64,000 nt of DNA from Candidatus Cloacimonadales bacterium (GCA_963663475.2 CAXXJV010000001.1:2464001-2528000), one strand, 5' to 3'; shown: positions 20,753 through 31,200, counted from the stretch's first letter. A program made the numbers and translations. Notes: generated from the sequence alone by a model not told the origin.

Positions 20753-22939
20753 CTAGTGGCACTTAATTGTAAGTTTCATATTATCAGTAATTTCTGTGCC
20801 TGGTGCCAGACTTTGATGATAAATAATTCCCTTCCCCCTGGCATCTACTTTAATATTTTTGGAAATACAAAACTCTAATGCTTTTCTTAATGTTGAATTT
20901 CTAAAATCAGGTAAGACATTACTATCTACATTGGTTGCAATAGTACTATAAAATAGAACTTTATTTCTTTCTTTTCTAAACATTACCCCAGGTTCAGGGT
21001 ATTGATGATTAACTATAGCATCCATATTGCTTTTATTGGTCAGGTAATTGACATCTAGATTACTAATTATTTTCTCTGCCTCTTCAATTGTTAATCCATT
21101 TAGATCTGGCATTACTAGCATATCACTATTTTTTACCTGGTAATCAAACTTCATTACTCCCTTCTCGGAAGCTAAGAGTCTTTCATAGACTGCTTCAAAA
21201 GTAGGTAAGGCTGAAGTTGCAGCGAATCTATACTTCCTAGCTGGTTTATCAAAAGTAACTACAATAACATATTTTGGGTCATCTTTGGGTAAGTAACCTA
21301 CAAATGTAGATGTATATTCCCACTTATTTGTACCACGAGTCTTTGCCGATTTAACCTCAGCAGTACCAGTTTTCCCAGCTAAACCCAGTAACTCATTATT
21401 GAAATATTTTCCAGTACCGTATTCGAAAACTTTTCCTAAGTAATTTTTTACTGTATCAACAGAAGTCTTTTTAGCAATTCTTCTGGAAACTTGTCTTTCA
21501 GAAGCATTTACTAGATTACCTTTACTATCAGTAATCATCTTAATTATTCTAGGAACTAATAGCTCTCCCCCATTAGCTATAGCACAATAGGCATTTGCTA
21601 GCTGTAATTGAGTTACACCAATTTCTTGACCAAAAGCTATTGAATGTAAAGAAAACTGTGACCATTGATAGATAGGACTTATCTGGCCTTTAGCCAAGCC
21701 ATATAATTTTGTAGATACTGTTCTTCCAAAACCAGTTTTTCTTAAGAGCTGATAGAATTTTTCTTGCCCCAGCATTTCAGCAATTTTGGCTGAACCAACA
21801 TTGGAAGAATAGGCAATTATTTCTTCTCCTCGTAAGGGATAGTCTAAAGGATGATCATCGACTATCTTACGTTCTTGATTCTTCTTTTGACCTGTATAAT
21901 CTGGGTAATATGTTCTACAATCAATCCCTACATTAGGGTCATAAACTCCACTATCAATTGCTCCTAGCATGGTAAATGGCTTAAAAGTAGAACCAGGTTC
22001 AAATTGGTAACTTACAGGAAAATTGCTTGAAGACCTCAATAGTGCAGGATCTTTACCAATATCATCTTTTTCAAATCCTGCCATAACTATAATCTCTCCT
22101 GTAGAAGGATCCATTACTGTACACATTCCTACCTTAGCCTCATATTCTATAATCTTTTCTTGCAATATTTTTTCAACTTCAAATTGCATTTCGCTATCTA
22201 TAGTTAAATATATATTATAACCATCGACTACTTCTTTACTCTGTAATCCTATAGCAGGAATATTATTCCCATGAGCGTCTTTGATTACCTCTTTCCAGCC
22301 AAATTTTCCACTCAGCTCTTCATTAAAAGAAGCCTCTATCCCTGTTTCACCTTCTATGGAGTATTTAGATTTATTTATTCTTGTATTAGATATTGTTTCT
22401 CTACTTTCTGTTACATGTCCTATGAGTCTTGAGGCAACGTGTTCCGACATGTATTTTCTTTTATAACCAATGAATTCTGTAATATAGCCTGGAATTTTAT
22501 TTCTATTAAAAGATTCTATTAGCTTATCTAATAACATTTCATTTAAATTATAGAATAAAATCGGACTTTTAGAATTTAATCTGTTTATTAATGTCCTATA
22601 ATTTTCACCAGTTATATTTGAACTTAGCTTAGCAATTTTTTCTTTAACTTCTTGCAAAGTTCTACCATCATCATCATTTCTTAGCAAATATTTCTCAATT
22701 GCTGTTAAATCTATATCTACTTGATAAAACTTCTCTGTGGTTACCAACAATTCATTCTTTCTATCATAGATTGAACCCCTGATCGGGTTAATGAATTCTT
22801 TGACTGGACTATTTCTTCTCAATCTAAGATGTTTTAAATTATAAACATCCTTAACTTGAATCAAAAATAGCTGTACTATCCATAGTACAGCTACTAAAAA
22901 TAATATAAATAATATGAAATTGTATCTTCTGCCAGCCAT
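20753..22939 (-). CDS. ftsI: Class B penicillin-binding protein FtsI with two C-terminal PASTA domains
   Basis: RGSIYDR, EPGSTFK (SxxK), SSN (SxN), KTGTA; PASTA-like MPDLNGLT and LPDFRNST. Confidence 0.95.
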   Translation of the reverse strand: MAGRRYNFILFILFLVAVLWIVQLFLIQVKDVYNLKHLRLRRNSPVKEFINPIRGSIYDRKNELLVTTEKFYQVDIDLTAIEKYLLRNDDDGRTLQEVKEKIAKLSSNITGENYRTLINRLNSKSPILFYNLNEMLLDKLIESFNRNKIPGYITEFIGYKRKYMSEHVASRLIGHVTESRETISNTRINKSKYSIEGETGIEASFNEELSGKFGWKEVIKDAHGNNIPAIGLQSKEVVDGYNIYLTIDSEMQFEVEKILQEKIIEYEAKVGMCTVMDPSTGEIIVMAGFEKDDIGKDPALLRSSSNFPVSYQFEPGSTFKPFTMLGAIDSGVYDPNVGIDCRTYYPDYTGQKKNQERKIVDDHPLDYPLRGEEIIAYSSNVGSAKIAEMLGQEKFYQLLRKTGFGRTVSTKLYGLAKGQISPIYQWSQFSLHSIAFGQEIGVTQLQLANAYCAIANGGELLVPRIIKMITDSKGNLVNASERQVSRRIAKKTSVDTVKNYLGKVFEYGTGKYFNNELLGLAGKTGTAEVKSAKTRGTNKWEYTSTFVGYLPKDDPKYVIVVTFDKPARKYRFAATSALPTFEAVYERLLASEKGVMKFDYQVKNSDMLVMPDLNGLTIEEAEKIISNLDVNYLTNKSNMDAIVNHQYPEPGVMFRKERNKVLFYSTIATNVDSNVLPDFRNSTLRKALEFCISKNIKVDARGKGIIYHQSLAPGTEITDNMKLTIKCH

Positions 22940-22948
22940 CTTAGGATA

Positions 22949-23317
22949 CTAATATGAATATATAGGTTTAAGTTCATCTGCACTCAATGTTGATGAAAAT
23001 AGGTCTAGTATTACAGTAAATGTTACGTTTTTCTCATTGGTTATGACTTTACTATAAGTTACAAGAGATGAATCATCATTAGGTTCTATAAAACCAAATC
23101 TGTCTGTCGCTACTCTCTTGATATATAATCCTGACTTATAATAAGATAAATCTGATTTCTTGCTAGTATAGGTAGTTACTTTTTTATTGTACAGTCTTTC
23201 ATATTTTATAGCTTCTTTACTGTACTTCACACTATAATAGTTTAATATTCCAGTAGCTAGAATATACATTGAAATAATTACAGCAAGTGTAATAATAATT
23301 TTAATAATATTTTTCAT
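22949..23317 (-). CDS. ftsL: Putative cell division protein FtsL
   Basis: N-terminal TM, coiled coil ending in IKRVATDRFGF; located between rsmH and ftsI. Confidence 0.65.
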   Translation of the reverse strand: MKNIIKIIITLAVIISMYILATGILNYYSVKYSKEAIKYERLYNKKVTTYTSKKSDLSYYKSGLYIKRVATDRFGFIEPNDDSSLVTYSKVITNEKNVTFTVILDLFSSTLSADELKPIYSY

Positions 23318-23336
23318 CCCAACTCCTTAAGATGTT

Positions 23337-24263
23337 TTAAAGTTTTTCGGCCACTCTTAGCTTAGCACTACGTGCCCTACTATTATTGCTAAGTTCTTCA
23401 TTATCAGCGACTATTGGCTTTCTAGTTAAAATACTGAGTGTTGATTTTTTTCCACAAATACATATTGGAAAATGGGGTGGACATGTACAATTTAGAGATT
23501 CATATTTCATAAAATCTTTCACTATCTTATCCTCTAAACTGTGATAAGATTCGACAACTAATCTACCACCTGGATTTAGTATATTTAAGGCATCTTTTAA
23601 GACTGAACTTAATACTTCCATTTCGCAATTAACTTCAATTCTCAAAGCTTGATATAGACGAGAAAGCATCTTTGTTAGGAACTTTGGATTAATTTTGAAG
23701 TTATCTTCTATCAGCTTGTTTAAATCACTCGATGTTCTTATTGGCCTTTTTGCTCTTTGGCTTACAATTAAGGTTGCAATTTTTCGGGCAGACTTCTCTT
23801 CCCCATAATCTCTGATAATTTTGGTTAATCCATCTAAATCATAAGTATTAATAATTACTTCAGCTGTTAAATCTCTACTTTTATCCATTCTCATATCTAA
23901 AGGAGAATCTTGAGAAAAAGTGAATCCTCGTTCTGCTTCATCGATCTGAAATGAAGAAACTCCTAAATCAAAAAGTATTCCATCAACCCTGTTCACTTCC
24001 TCGAAAGAAAGTCTGGTTCGCATATTTACAAAATTATCTTGAATAATATTGACTCTTTTGCCAAACTTTTCTAATCTTTTACTAGCAAAAGCTATAGCAT
24101 CTGGATCTTGATCAAAGGCATATAATATCGCACTATCATTGGCCTCTAGGATAGATTGTGAATGTCCTCCACCTCCCATTGTACCATCAACTATAATAGA
24201 ATTATCTCGGATATTTAATGCTTCAATGCACTGCTTTAACATAACTGGCTTATGATACATCAT
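23337..24263 (-). CDS. rsmH: 16S rRNA m4C1402 methyltransferase RsmH
   Basis: HKPVML, DGTMGGGGHS, DLGVSS.QID, LDMRMD, QALRIEVN, YHSLED and RSAKLR motifs. Confidence 0.98.
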   Translation of the reverse strand: MMYHKPVMLKQCIEALNIRDNSIIVDGTMGGGGHSQSILEANDSAILYAFDQDPDAIAFASKRLEKFGKRVNIIQDNFVNMRTRLSFEEVNRVDGILFDLGVSSFQIDEAERGFTFSQDSPLDMRMDKSRDLTAEVIINTYDLDGLTKIIRDYGEEKSARKIATLIVSQRAKRPIRTSSDLNKLIEDNFKINPKFLTKMLSRLYQALRIEVNCEMEVLSSVLKDALNILNPGGRLVVESYHSLEDKIVKDFMKYESLNCTCPPHFPICICGKKSTLSILTRKPIVADNEELSNNSRARSAKLRVAEKL

Positions 24264-24715
24264 ATTCTAACCACCGGTCTTTCTTTACTGTTTCTAATCT
24301 GATCCATAAGATATCTTTGGTGAGCATCAAAGTTCTCAAGCGACCAAAGAGCCACATAATTTCCTCTACCAACAAACTTAACTTTATCAGTAATATTAGC
24401 TCGATCTATAAGCTCAGGAGAAATTCTAAATCTTCCAGCTGAACCTTCTAATGATTGGATTCCCATTGAATTATCTTCTAATATGCTCAAGTTCCAATCG
24501 TTTATATCATCACCCTGACTTCGGTAAACATCACAAATACTTTCAAATTCAACCTTGGGAAAAAGAACTAAGCAATCGTAATTTGGGCTTTGGGAAACAA
24601 CAATCTTATCAGATTGATAAGTGTTCAATATGTCTTTGAACTGCTTAGGTAACACAACTCTGTTCTGAGTTATGCTACTAATATGTGTTCCATTGAACTT
24701 TCCTGTTATCGCCAT
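24260..24715 (-). CDS. mraZ: Transcriptional regulator MraZ (divergent)
   Basis: 151 aa, two AbrB-like repeats (F.G......NRVVLP..F; GRFRI...L; VGRG.YV.LW); first gene of the dcw cluster. Confidence 0.85.
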   Translation of the reverse strand: MAITGKFNGTHISSITQNRVVLPKQFKDILNTYQSDKIVVSQSPNYDCLVLFPKVEFESICDVYRSQGDDINDWNLSILEDNSMGIQSLEGSAGRFRISPELIDRANITDKVKFVGRGNYVALWSLENFDAHQRYLMDQIRNSKERPVVRI

Positions 24716-24724
24716 TCCTTATTT

Positions 24725-24797
24725 CTCCCATTTTTGACTTAAAATGAATTTATTTACCTTACAATGACAGAATATGACTTTACTTAATCTATGTCAA
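24725..24797 (-). promoter_or_regulatory. dcw promoter (-35 TTGACA at 24792-24797) with 10-bp-periodic candidate MraZ boxes
   Basis: tgtcaa at 24792-24797; hexamers ctccca/tgactt/tgaatt/tacctt/tgacag/tgactt/taatct recur at exact 10-nt spacing between 24725 and 24790. Confidence 0.55.
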
Positions 24798-25047
24798 ATA
24801 TTTTTTTTACTTTTTTTCCTTTTAGGTAAAATATAGCTTAACTATCTACTTTATAGATATTTATTGCAGTGTAATATTTAGTTTTTATTACATATTTTGA
24901 TTTATCTTTGTTCTCTTGTAGCTGGTTTTCAAAAAGGCATTTGCCTTTTTTTGCCTTTTAATGATTTTCCCTAATTTATTTAACCCAAATAATGCAATAG
25001 ATCTTTGAGAATAGCACTATATTCTTTTGCAAAAGTAACTTCCATTA

Positions 25048-25456
25048 TTTCTCCGAATATATAAAATATATGCGTCAAAATTCTGTAAGCTATTTTGCTA
25101 AAAGAATTTGCACTCTTCTCTAAAGCTCTATTGCACCATTCGGGTTTAATTGATAAGTTTAAACATTATGCCCAAAATTACCTTCCCAAGTAAGCTATCC
25201 TTATTTTTACTTGAATTTTTGCCCAAAACTAGGTAACTTAAAGGGTAGTTATGAGTAAATATGTTAGTACATATTGTGATTATGACAAAATATGACTTTT
25301 TTACCCTATATGCTGTATATAAATTTTATAACTAATTCAGAACTTAATAGTTAAACCAGATAGCCTAATAGAAATTTAGTGAAGAGGGCAAGATTCTTTT
25401 AGCAAGCAAAATAGCTTACAGAATTTTAACGCATATAATTTATATATTTGGAGAAA
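25048..25456. repeat. Long imperfect inverted repeat (arms ~112-116 bp at 25048-25159 and 25341-25456), MITE-like
   Basis: Left arm tttctccgaatatataaaatatatgcgtcaaaattctgtaagctattttgc... matches the reverse complement of the right arm tttctccaaatatataaattatatgcgttaaaattctgtaagctattttgc... Confidence 0.9.
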
Positions 25457-25900
25457 GGGGAATGTTGACGGGAGTTGCTCACGGAGTAGCGACTTCCGAC
25501 ACTCTTTCGCCCACCCGCCCGAAGTCCCTTGCCTACGGCTGAGGAACTCCGGTCTGTGTGTGAAAGGGAATGTTACTCTCCCCGCCTTACGGCACCCCTC
25601 TCATACCGCTCTTACGAGCTGAAAGGGGAATTAAGAGACAATCCCGCGACCCATTCCCGTAACCACTTGTAATCTGCATAACCGCGGGCAAGGATGCCCG
25701 CATTCCCAGTTAGAATCTTCTTTTCCTTTTGTGTCTTCGTGCCTTTGTGGTAAATCACTTATTATTATCGGTGTTTTCGGTGGCTTATTCTTCCTTCTTA
25801 AAACTCTGTGAAACTCCTCTTTACCTCTATGAACTCTGTGTTAAAGAGCTTTTCTTATTCGTGAAATTCGGTCTAATTCGCGTTAATTCGTGTAAAGAAT
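25452..25900. repeat. GC-rich mosaic of REP-like hairpins and short degenerate repeats
   Basis: Hairpins gggagttgct..agcgacttcc, ccgaagtccctt..gaggaactccgg and gcgggca-agga-tgcccgc; ctttgtg/ctctgtg/attcgtg-type repeats; clearly higher GC than the flanks. Confidence 0.7.
25573..25633 (+). repeat. 61-bp dispersed repeat, copy 1 (copy 2 at 51369-51429)
   Basis: ttactctccccgccttacggcacccctctcataccgctcttacgagctgaaaggggaatta versus ttactccccccgcctaacggcaagcctctcatacccctctaatgagcagaaaggggaatta. Confidence 0.9.
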
Positions 25901-26087
25901 CGAAATGGAATATAAACCTAGATAAAAGTTGAGTATTAATCCTTCAACTTAAGATTTTTCTTCTTTGACCTAAAATAAAAATCCAATACAAAAACAAGCC
26001 TTCATAATATTTAAGAGGACTTTTTTGGAATTTTGGTCCGCTTTTCATAAAAAAAATTAAAAAACTTAGCTTATACCATCATTTACC

Positions 26088-26144
26088 CTTCCTTTACAGT
26101 CTTTCGATGAAAGTCGGACTTTCATCGAAAGACTGTAAAGGAAG
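26088..26144. repeat. Perfect palindrome, 28-bp arms with 1-nt centre
   Basis: cttcctttacagtctttcgatgaaagtc-g-gactttcatcgaaagactgtaaaggaag. Confidence 0.97.
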
Positions 26145-26233
26145 AATCATAGATGAAAAGGTGATAATTACTCTTTTTCTTTCGATTTATCGAATAATAC
26201 AATAAAGCCTTTAATATTTCTAGAGATAACAAA

Positions 26234-26261
26234 ATAAAGCCCTGTAATAACAAGGCTTTAT
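26234..26261 (-). terminator. Intrinsic terminator after the 26286-27911 gene
   Basis: ataaagccctgt-aata-acaaggctttat hairpin with an A/T tail just past the stop. Confidence 0.75.
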
Positions 26262-26285
26262 ATTATATTATTAAATTATATGATA

Positions 26286-27911
26286 CTATTTCATAAGGAT
26301 CATTTTGTTTGTTTTACTATAGCTATGGGAAATTAGTTTATAGAGATATACTCCTGAAGTTACATCTTTATTATTATTATCTTTTGCATTCCAAACTATT
26401 ACATGTTGACCAGGAAGGAATTTTGGATAAGTTTTGATAATCTGACCTTTTAAGTTATAAATTATCAATTGGGCTGTATCACTTTCTTTAACACTGAACT
26501 TAATTGTTGTTTGAGGATTGAAAGGATTAGGATAAGCTGATGATAAATTAGTTGCAGTTGGAAGTACATTATTATTTTCTTGACTTTCAATTTTTACAGT
26601 AACAGGACCATAAAGAGTATTTTCATTACTTAACTCTAAACTTTCCAACCAATAGTAATATGTTGTTTGATTATCAACTTCTTGATCAAGATAAGAATAA
26701 TTAGCACCATTTGCAGTATTATGAGCAGTAATAATTTCAGGATTTAATCTTTGAGCTGTCTGTGAATCTTCATTTTCATTTCTATAGATATTATAACCTA
26801 ATAAATTAGATTCAGAAGCTGTTTCCCAGTTTATTTGTGCGTAGTTCTCAGCTGTGATAGTAGCACTAAATGATGATAATTCTACTGGAAGAGTTTCAGA
26901 AGGAATACCTGCAGAAAATTCTGAGAATGTATTTAAACCTGTAACAGTAACCTTACTTCCATTGTATGATAATGCTACTCCTGGAATAGAAGTAACATCA
27001 AACCAAACTTGACTTGAGTCACTTCTTTTTAGTATCCTATATTCTATATCTCCATTATAGTCTTCTATTGTTGCTAAATCAAAAGTGATAGTATAATTAT
27101 GACCTTGACCAGTAACAGTATTAATAGTCCAATAGACTGGTAATAAGCTTGAAATAGTTTCTGGAAGATCACCTACAACACTTGGGGCAATTTCGTTGAG
27201 CATGATAGAGATATTAATATCAGGATGATCATTTTCAGTAAAGGCAATTTCTATTAAAGAACCAATTGTTTCATAGATATCAGTATTTCCTGCTGGGATA
27301 TCTACACTTTCAGGCAAGGCTAATGAGTCTTCTGTTAGGAAGCGAGTATTTGGTTTATACATATTGAGAGAACCACTAATCAGAGGGAAAGAGTCATCTT
27401 TATATTTATAAACGCACCTGTTTGGGTCTGATTTATAGTACCATCTTGGATAACCACTAGTATAAGAGCCATCTCTATTTTCCCAATAGATAATAATATT
27501 ATCTGTACCGTTATATGCAAAGTCATTAACATTAAAATCTAAAGTGAACCAATCTCCTACATTGCCAGTAAAAGTTATACTTCCATCATAAACCTTAACA
27601 GCACCATTAGTGATTGGATCCTCATAGTTTGGCATTGGAAAATTATCTAAGGATGTATGCTGAATATAAATAGATTGATTTAACATTTCATAGTCATCAG
27701 TCGCTCTAGCAAATTGATATTCAAGTCCAGTTACATTAAAAGATTGATTAGCTAATTCCTCAGCTGTATAAATCACTCTTGACCAACTATAATCATAATA
27801 TCCATAAACAGGTACATAAGAAGTGATAGCAGTACCACCACCTACCTCAATAAAATCTGCAAAAAGTCCAAAACACATAATTAACATTAAAAATACAAGT
27901 AGCTTTTTCAT
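26286..27911 (-). CDS. Secreted protein with N-terminal 'IEVG..P.YGYYDY.WSR.IY' module, PVELSSF Ig-like domain and T9SS/FlgD-type CTD
   Basis: Signal peptide; N-terminal module homologous to those in the three large paralogs; LPVELSSF..W.TASE.N..GY motif; CTD YPNPFNP...KMILMK. Confidence 0.85.
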   Translation of the reverse strand: MKKLLVFLMLIMCFGLFADFIEVGGGTAITSYVPVYGYYDYSWSRVIYTAEELANQSFNVTGLEYQFARATDDYEMLNQSIYIQHTSLDNFPMPNYEDPITNGAVKVYDGSITFTGNVGDWFTLDFNVNDFAYNGTDNIIIYWENRDGSYTSGYPRWYYKSDPNRCVYKYKDDSFPLISGSLNMYKPNTRFLTEDSLALPESVDIPAGNTDIYETIGSLIEIAFTENDHPDINISIMLNEIAPSVVGDLPETISSLLPVYWTINTVTGQGHNYTITFDLATIEDYNGDIEYRILKRSDSSQVWFDVTSIPGVALSYNGSKVTVTGLNTFSEFSAGIPSETLPVELSSFSATITAENYAQINWETASESNLLGYNIYRNENEDSQTAQRLNPEIITAHNTANGANYSYLDQEVDNQTTYYYWLESLELSNENTLYGPVTVKIESQENNNVLPTATNLSSAYPNPFNPQTTIKFSVKESDTAQLIIYNLKGQIIKTYPKFLPGQHVIVWNAKDNNNKDVTSGVYLYKLISHSYSKTNKMILMK

Positions 27912-28233
27912 TTTTTTCTCCTTTCTTTTTTTATTTCTTCAACTACTTAGTAAAAGACCTAAGAAACAATGATTTCTTTCTCAAACTATTCAAATCTTTT
28001 ACATTTTATAGATTAATATAGTGCAGAAACTATTCCAAGATTTATTCAGGAATATTTATCTAGGCTATTGTATTGATTTATAATAAGTTAAGATTTTTAG
28101 TCTTATATTTTTTAAAGCTATAAGTGTGATTATAGAAAATAATTATTGCAATACTGCAAAATCTACTGCAATTTATTGCATTTTTGCAATTACTAAAAAA
28201 TGTGGCTCAAATTCAGATAAACCCATGAAGTAA

Positions 28234-28258
28234 TAAAGCCCTGCTAAGCAGGGCTTTA
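28234..28258 (-). terminator. Intrinsic terminator after the 28293-33176 gene
   Basis: taaagccctgc-taa-gcagggcttta perfect hairpin. Confidence 0.85.
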
Positions 28259-28292
28259 GTCTTGTATCAAATCAATAAATGATTTTATGATA

Positions 28293-31200
28293 CTATTTCA
28301 TTAATATCATCTTTTGAGTTTTAGTTAAGGATTTAGAAGTCATTTTTGCAAAATAAACTCCAGAAGCAACTTTATTGTTATTCTGATCTCTACCATTCCA
28401 GATATACTTATGATTTCCAGCTTGCAAGTTATCATTACATAAAGTTTTCACTTTTTGTCCTCTTACATTATAGATTTCAAGTTTAACATGTTGGCTTTTA
28501 TTAATATCAAATGATATTGTAGTTTCAGGATTAAATGGATTAGGATAATTCTTATTTAATCTAGTAATCATCGGAACAATATCAGAGTCATTAGATACAA
28601 TACCATTAGTTATTTCGAAAGAAATCTCATCACTAAATGCAGAACCTACATAAGAATTATCAATTGTTTGAACTGATACATAATAGGTTCCATTTTGAAG
28701 ATTATTGATAGAGCAAGCAAGACTGTTTAGCATATTACCATTATGTGGTTTAAGTAAGAAACCATCATTAGTAGCCATAGAAGAGAAGATTTCATTACCA
28801 CCAGAACTTGTACCAACTTTGATATTGTAAGTTAAGCCCAGCTGAGGTGTTTCATTATCAGAACCCATACCCCACTCTAGGGCAACCATATCATCTTCAA
28901 CCACAGCACTAAGCATAGCAGGTGCTTGTGGAGCAGAATTACTTAACTCAGTTTGATTTTCATATAAATTACAATAGTAATCTAAGTAGTCATATCTACC
29001 TGTTAATAGAACATCAGAATTCCCATCACCATTATAATCAATCATAGTAAGTTCACCATATTTTAAAGCGTCTAAACTATCAGCATAGGTAAAAGTATCA
29101 TTACCTTGATAGAAGTGAACTTGTCCTGTCCACCATTCTTGATTTTGAACACCATTAACAATTACATCAAGTAAACCATCAGAGTTAAGGTCATGAATCT
29201 TCATATCACCCTGTCTGATACCTGCAATATAAGTTTCATTTTCAGGAAGATTAATGTTTGTAAAGGTATCGTCTCCATTGTTACGAAGAATGTACAAGAC
29301 AGATGGTATTTCTAGTTGAATAGAACCAGTAACGAAAAGATCCATTAATCCATCATTATTATAATCACCCCATTCAACAACTGTATAACGTACACCTTCA
29401 ATACCTAAGTCTATTTCTGTAAATTCATTATTTCCTTCATTTTTCCAGACAGATACTCTCCAATCCCAGCTATCTACTCTTCCTGCTGTAGCAATATCAA
29501 GTAAGCCATCGTTATTGAAATCAGCAAACTTAGCATCTCCTGATGACAATTGATGAACTTCTGGAGCTATCATTTCGAACTGATAATTACCTTGGTTTAC
29601 GTAAATTCTAGTATAATCAACATCTCCAATCTCTAGATCTAAAACACCAGTATAGAGAACATCAAGTAGTCCATCGCCATTATAATCTTTCCAATCTGTA
29701 TTAGATCCCTTAAGAGGAGGTAAGTTAGTTTCAACTTCAGTATAAGTACCATTTTCATTTACATATACTCTACTGATGTAGTTATTTTGTTCATATTGAC
29801 CTGAAGTATAGATATCTAAGTCGTTATCATTATCTAAATCTATCCAATCTACACAACCGAAACCTGTACCATCAAGACCTAACTCAAGTCTTTCAAATTG
29901 GCCATCACCATTATTTTTATAAATAGTAATAGCTGATGTATTAGAGTCAACAACATAGCCTGTAGCTAAGATATCATAATCTCCATCATTATCATAATCA
30001 CCAGCTTCAGTTTCACTTTGCCAGAAGCCTTCCATTCCTGCGTTAATATCTTGGAAGCCAAATGAGTAAGTTTCACCTAGTAACTCGATAATGTGACCTG
30101 TATCATCAGCATGTAAGAGCTGACTATGAATTTCTAATTGACCTGAGTGATTTCCACTTTCAGGGAAATTCATTGCAAGACTAATAGTTAATGTATCTTC
30201 TAAAACAAGATCATTAAGAGTTTGACCTGTTACCTGTCCCGCAAGTCCTATTAAGAAGTTATCTGAGACTGTGACAGTTTCAAAATTAATAGGCATTTCA
30301 TTGAGATTGATAATCTGCATTGACATTATAGGTGATTGGCTACCATTGATTGTAGCAGGGAAAGTAATTGATTCAGCAGAATATTCAACTTCAGCAGTAA
30401 TTGAGTTAGCTAGTAAATCAACATATACTTGTGGATCAGCAACAGAATTAGATGAAATCATAAGACTATCATTAACTGTTCCAGAGACATTATTAGCATA
30501 TTTAACTTGAATAACTGCAGTTTCTGCAGGCTGGATAGTAATATCTGTAAGAGTAGATAACCACTGGTCATTATCATATTGAAGATTAAAATACTCAGGT
30601 GCAGTAATTTCATCAACAGTTAAAGGCATAATACCTGAATTAAGAATATTAAAAGTCAAGATATTTTCACCATTTCCTTGATACATTGTACCAAAATCTA
30701 GTGCTTGAGGACTAACAGTTATTGAATATTGATCTTCTGGGTTTAGTGGATTCTCAAGATTTTCATCAGCACCTTTATAAGGATTCACAAGATGTCTTAA
30801 ATCACCATCAATATCATACTCAACACCATCTATAGGATTTCCTGCTAAAGCAAAATCACCTAGAGATATTCCTGTAAGATGTAAGTCATAATTTGAAACA
30901 AATTCAGCATTAAAGACACTGGTATTCATATCAGTTGCAGAAGTAGTTTGCCAAGTTTCTAAATCTGGGCAATCAGTATTAATCCATGAACCAATAGAAC
31001 CATTTTCACAATAATAGGCATTATCATCAGCATTCCAAGTACCACCACCAAAGGTATAATCGATAACATAGTGATCATTATCACCAGAACGATTATTAAC
31101 AAAGAGATTATTCTTTAAGTTTATAATACCGTCTGTACCTGTTTTTTGTACACAGAAGTCATCGTCAGTACCTATACCTGCTAAAAGAACAGTATTATTA

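Noticed and set aside
25729-25932. 67-aa ORF
   Set aside because: TTG start without an RBS; composed of the short degenerate repeats.
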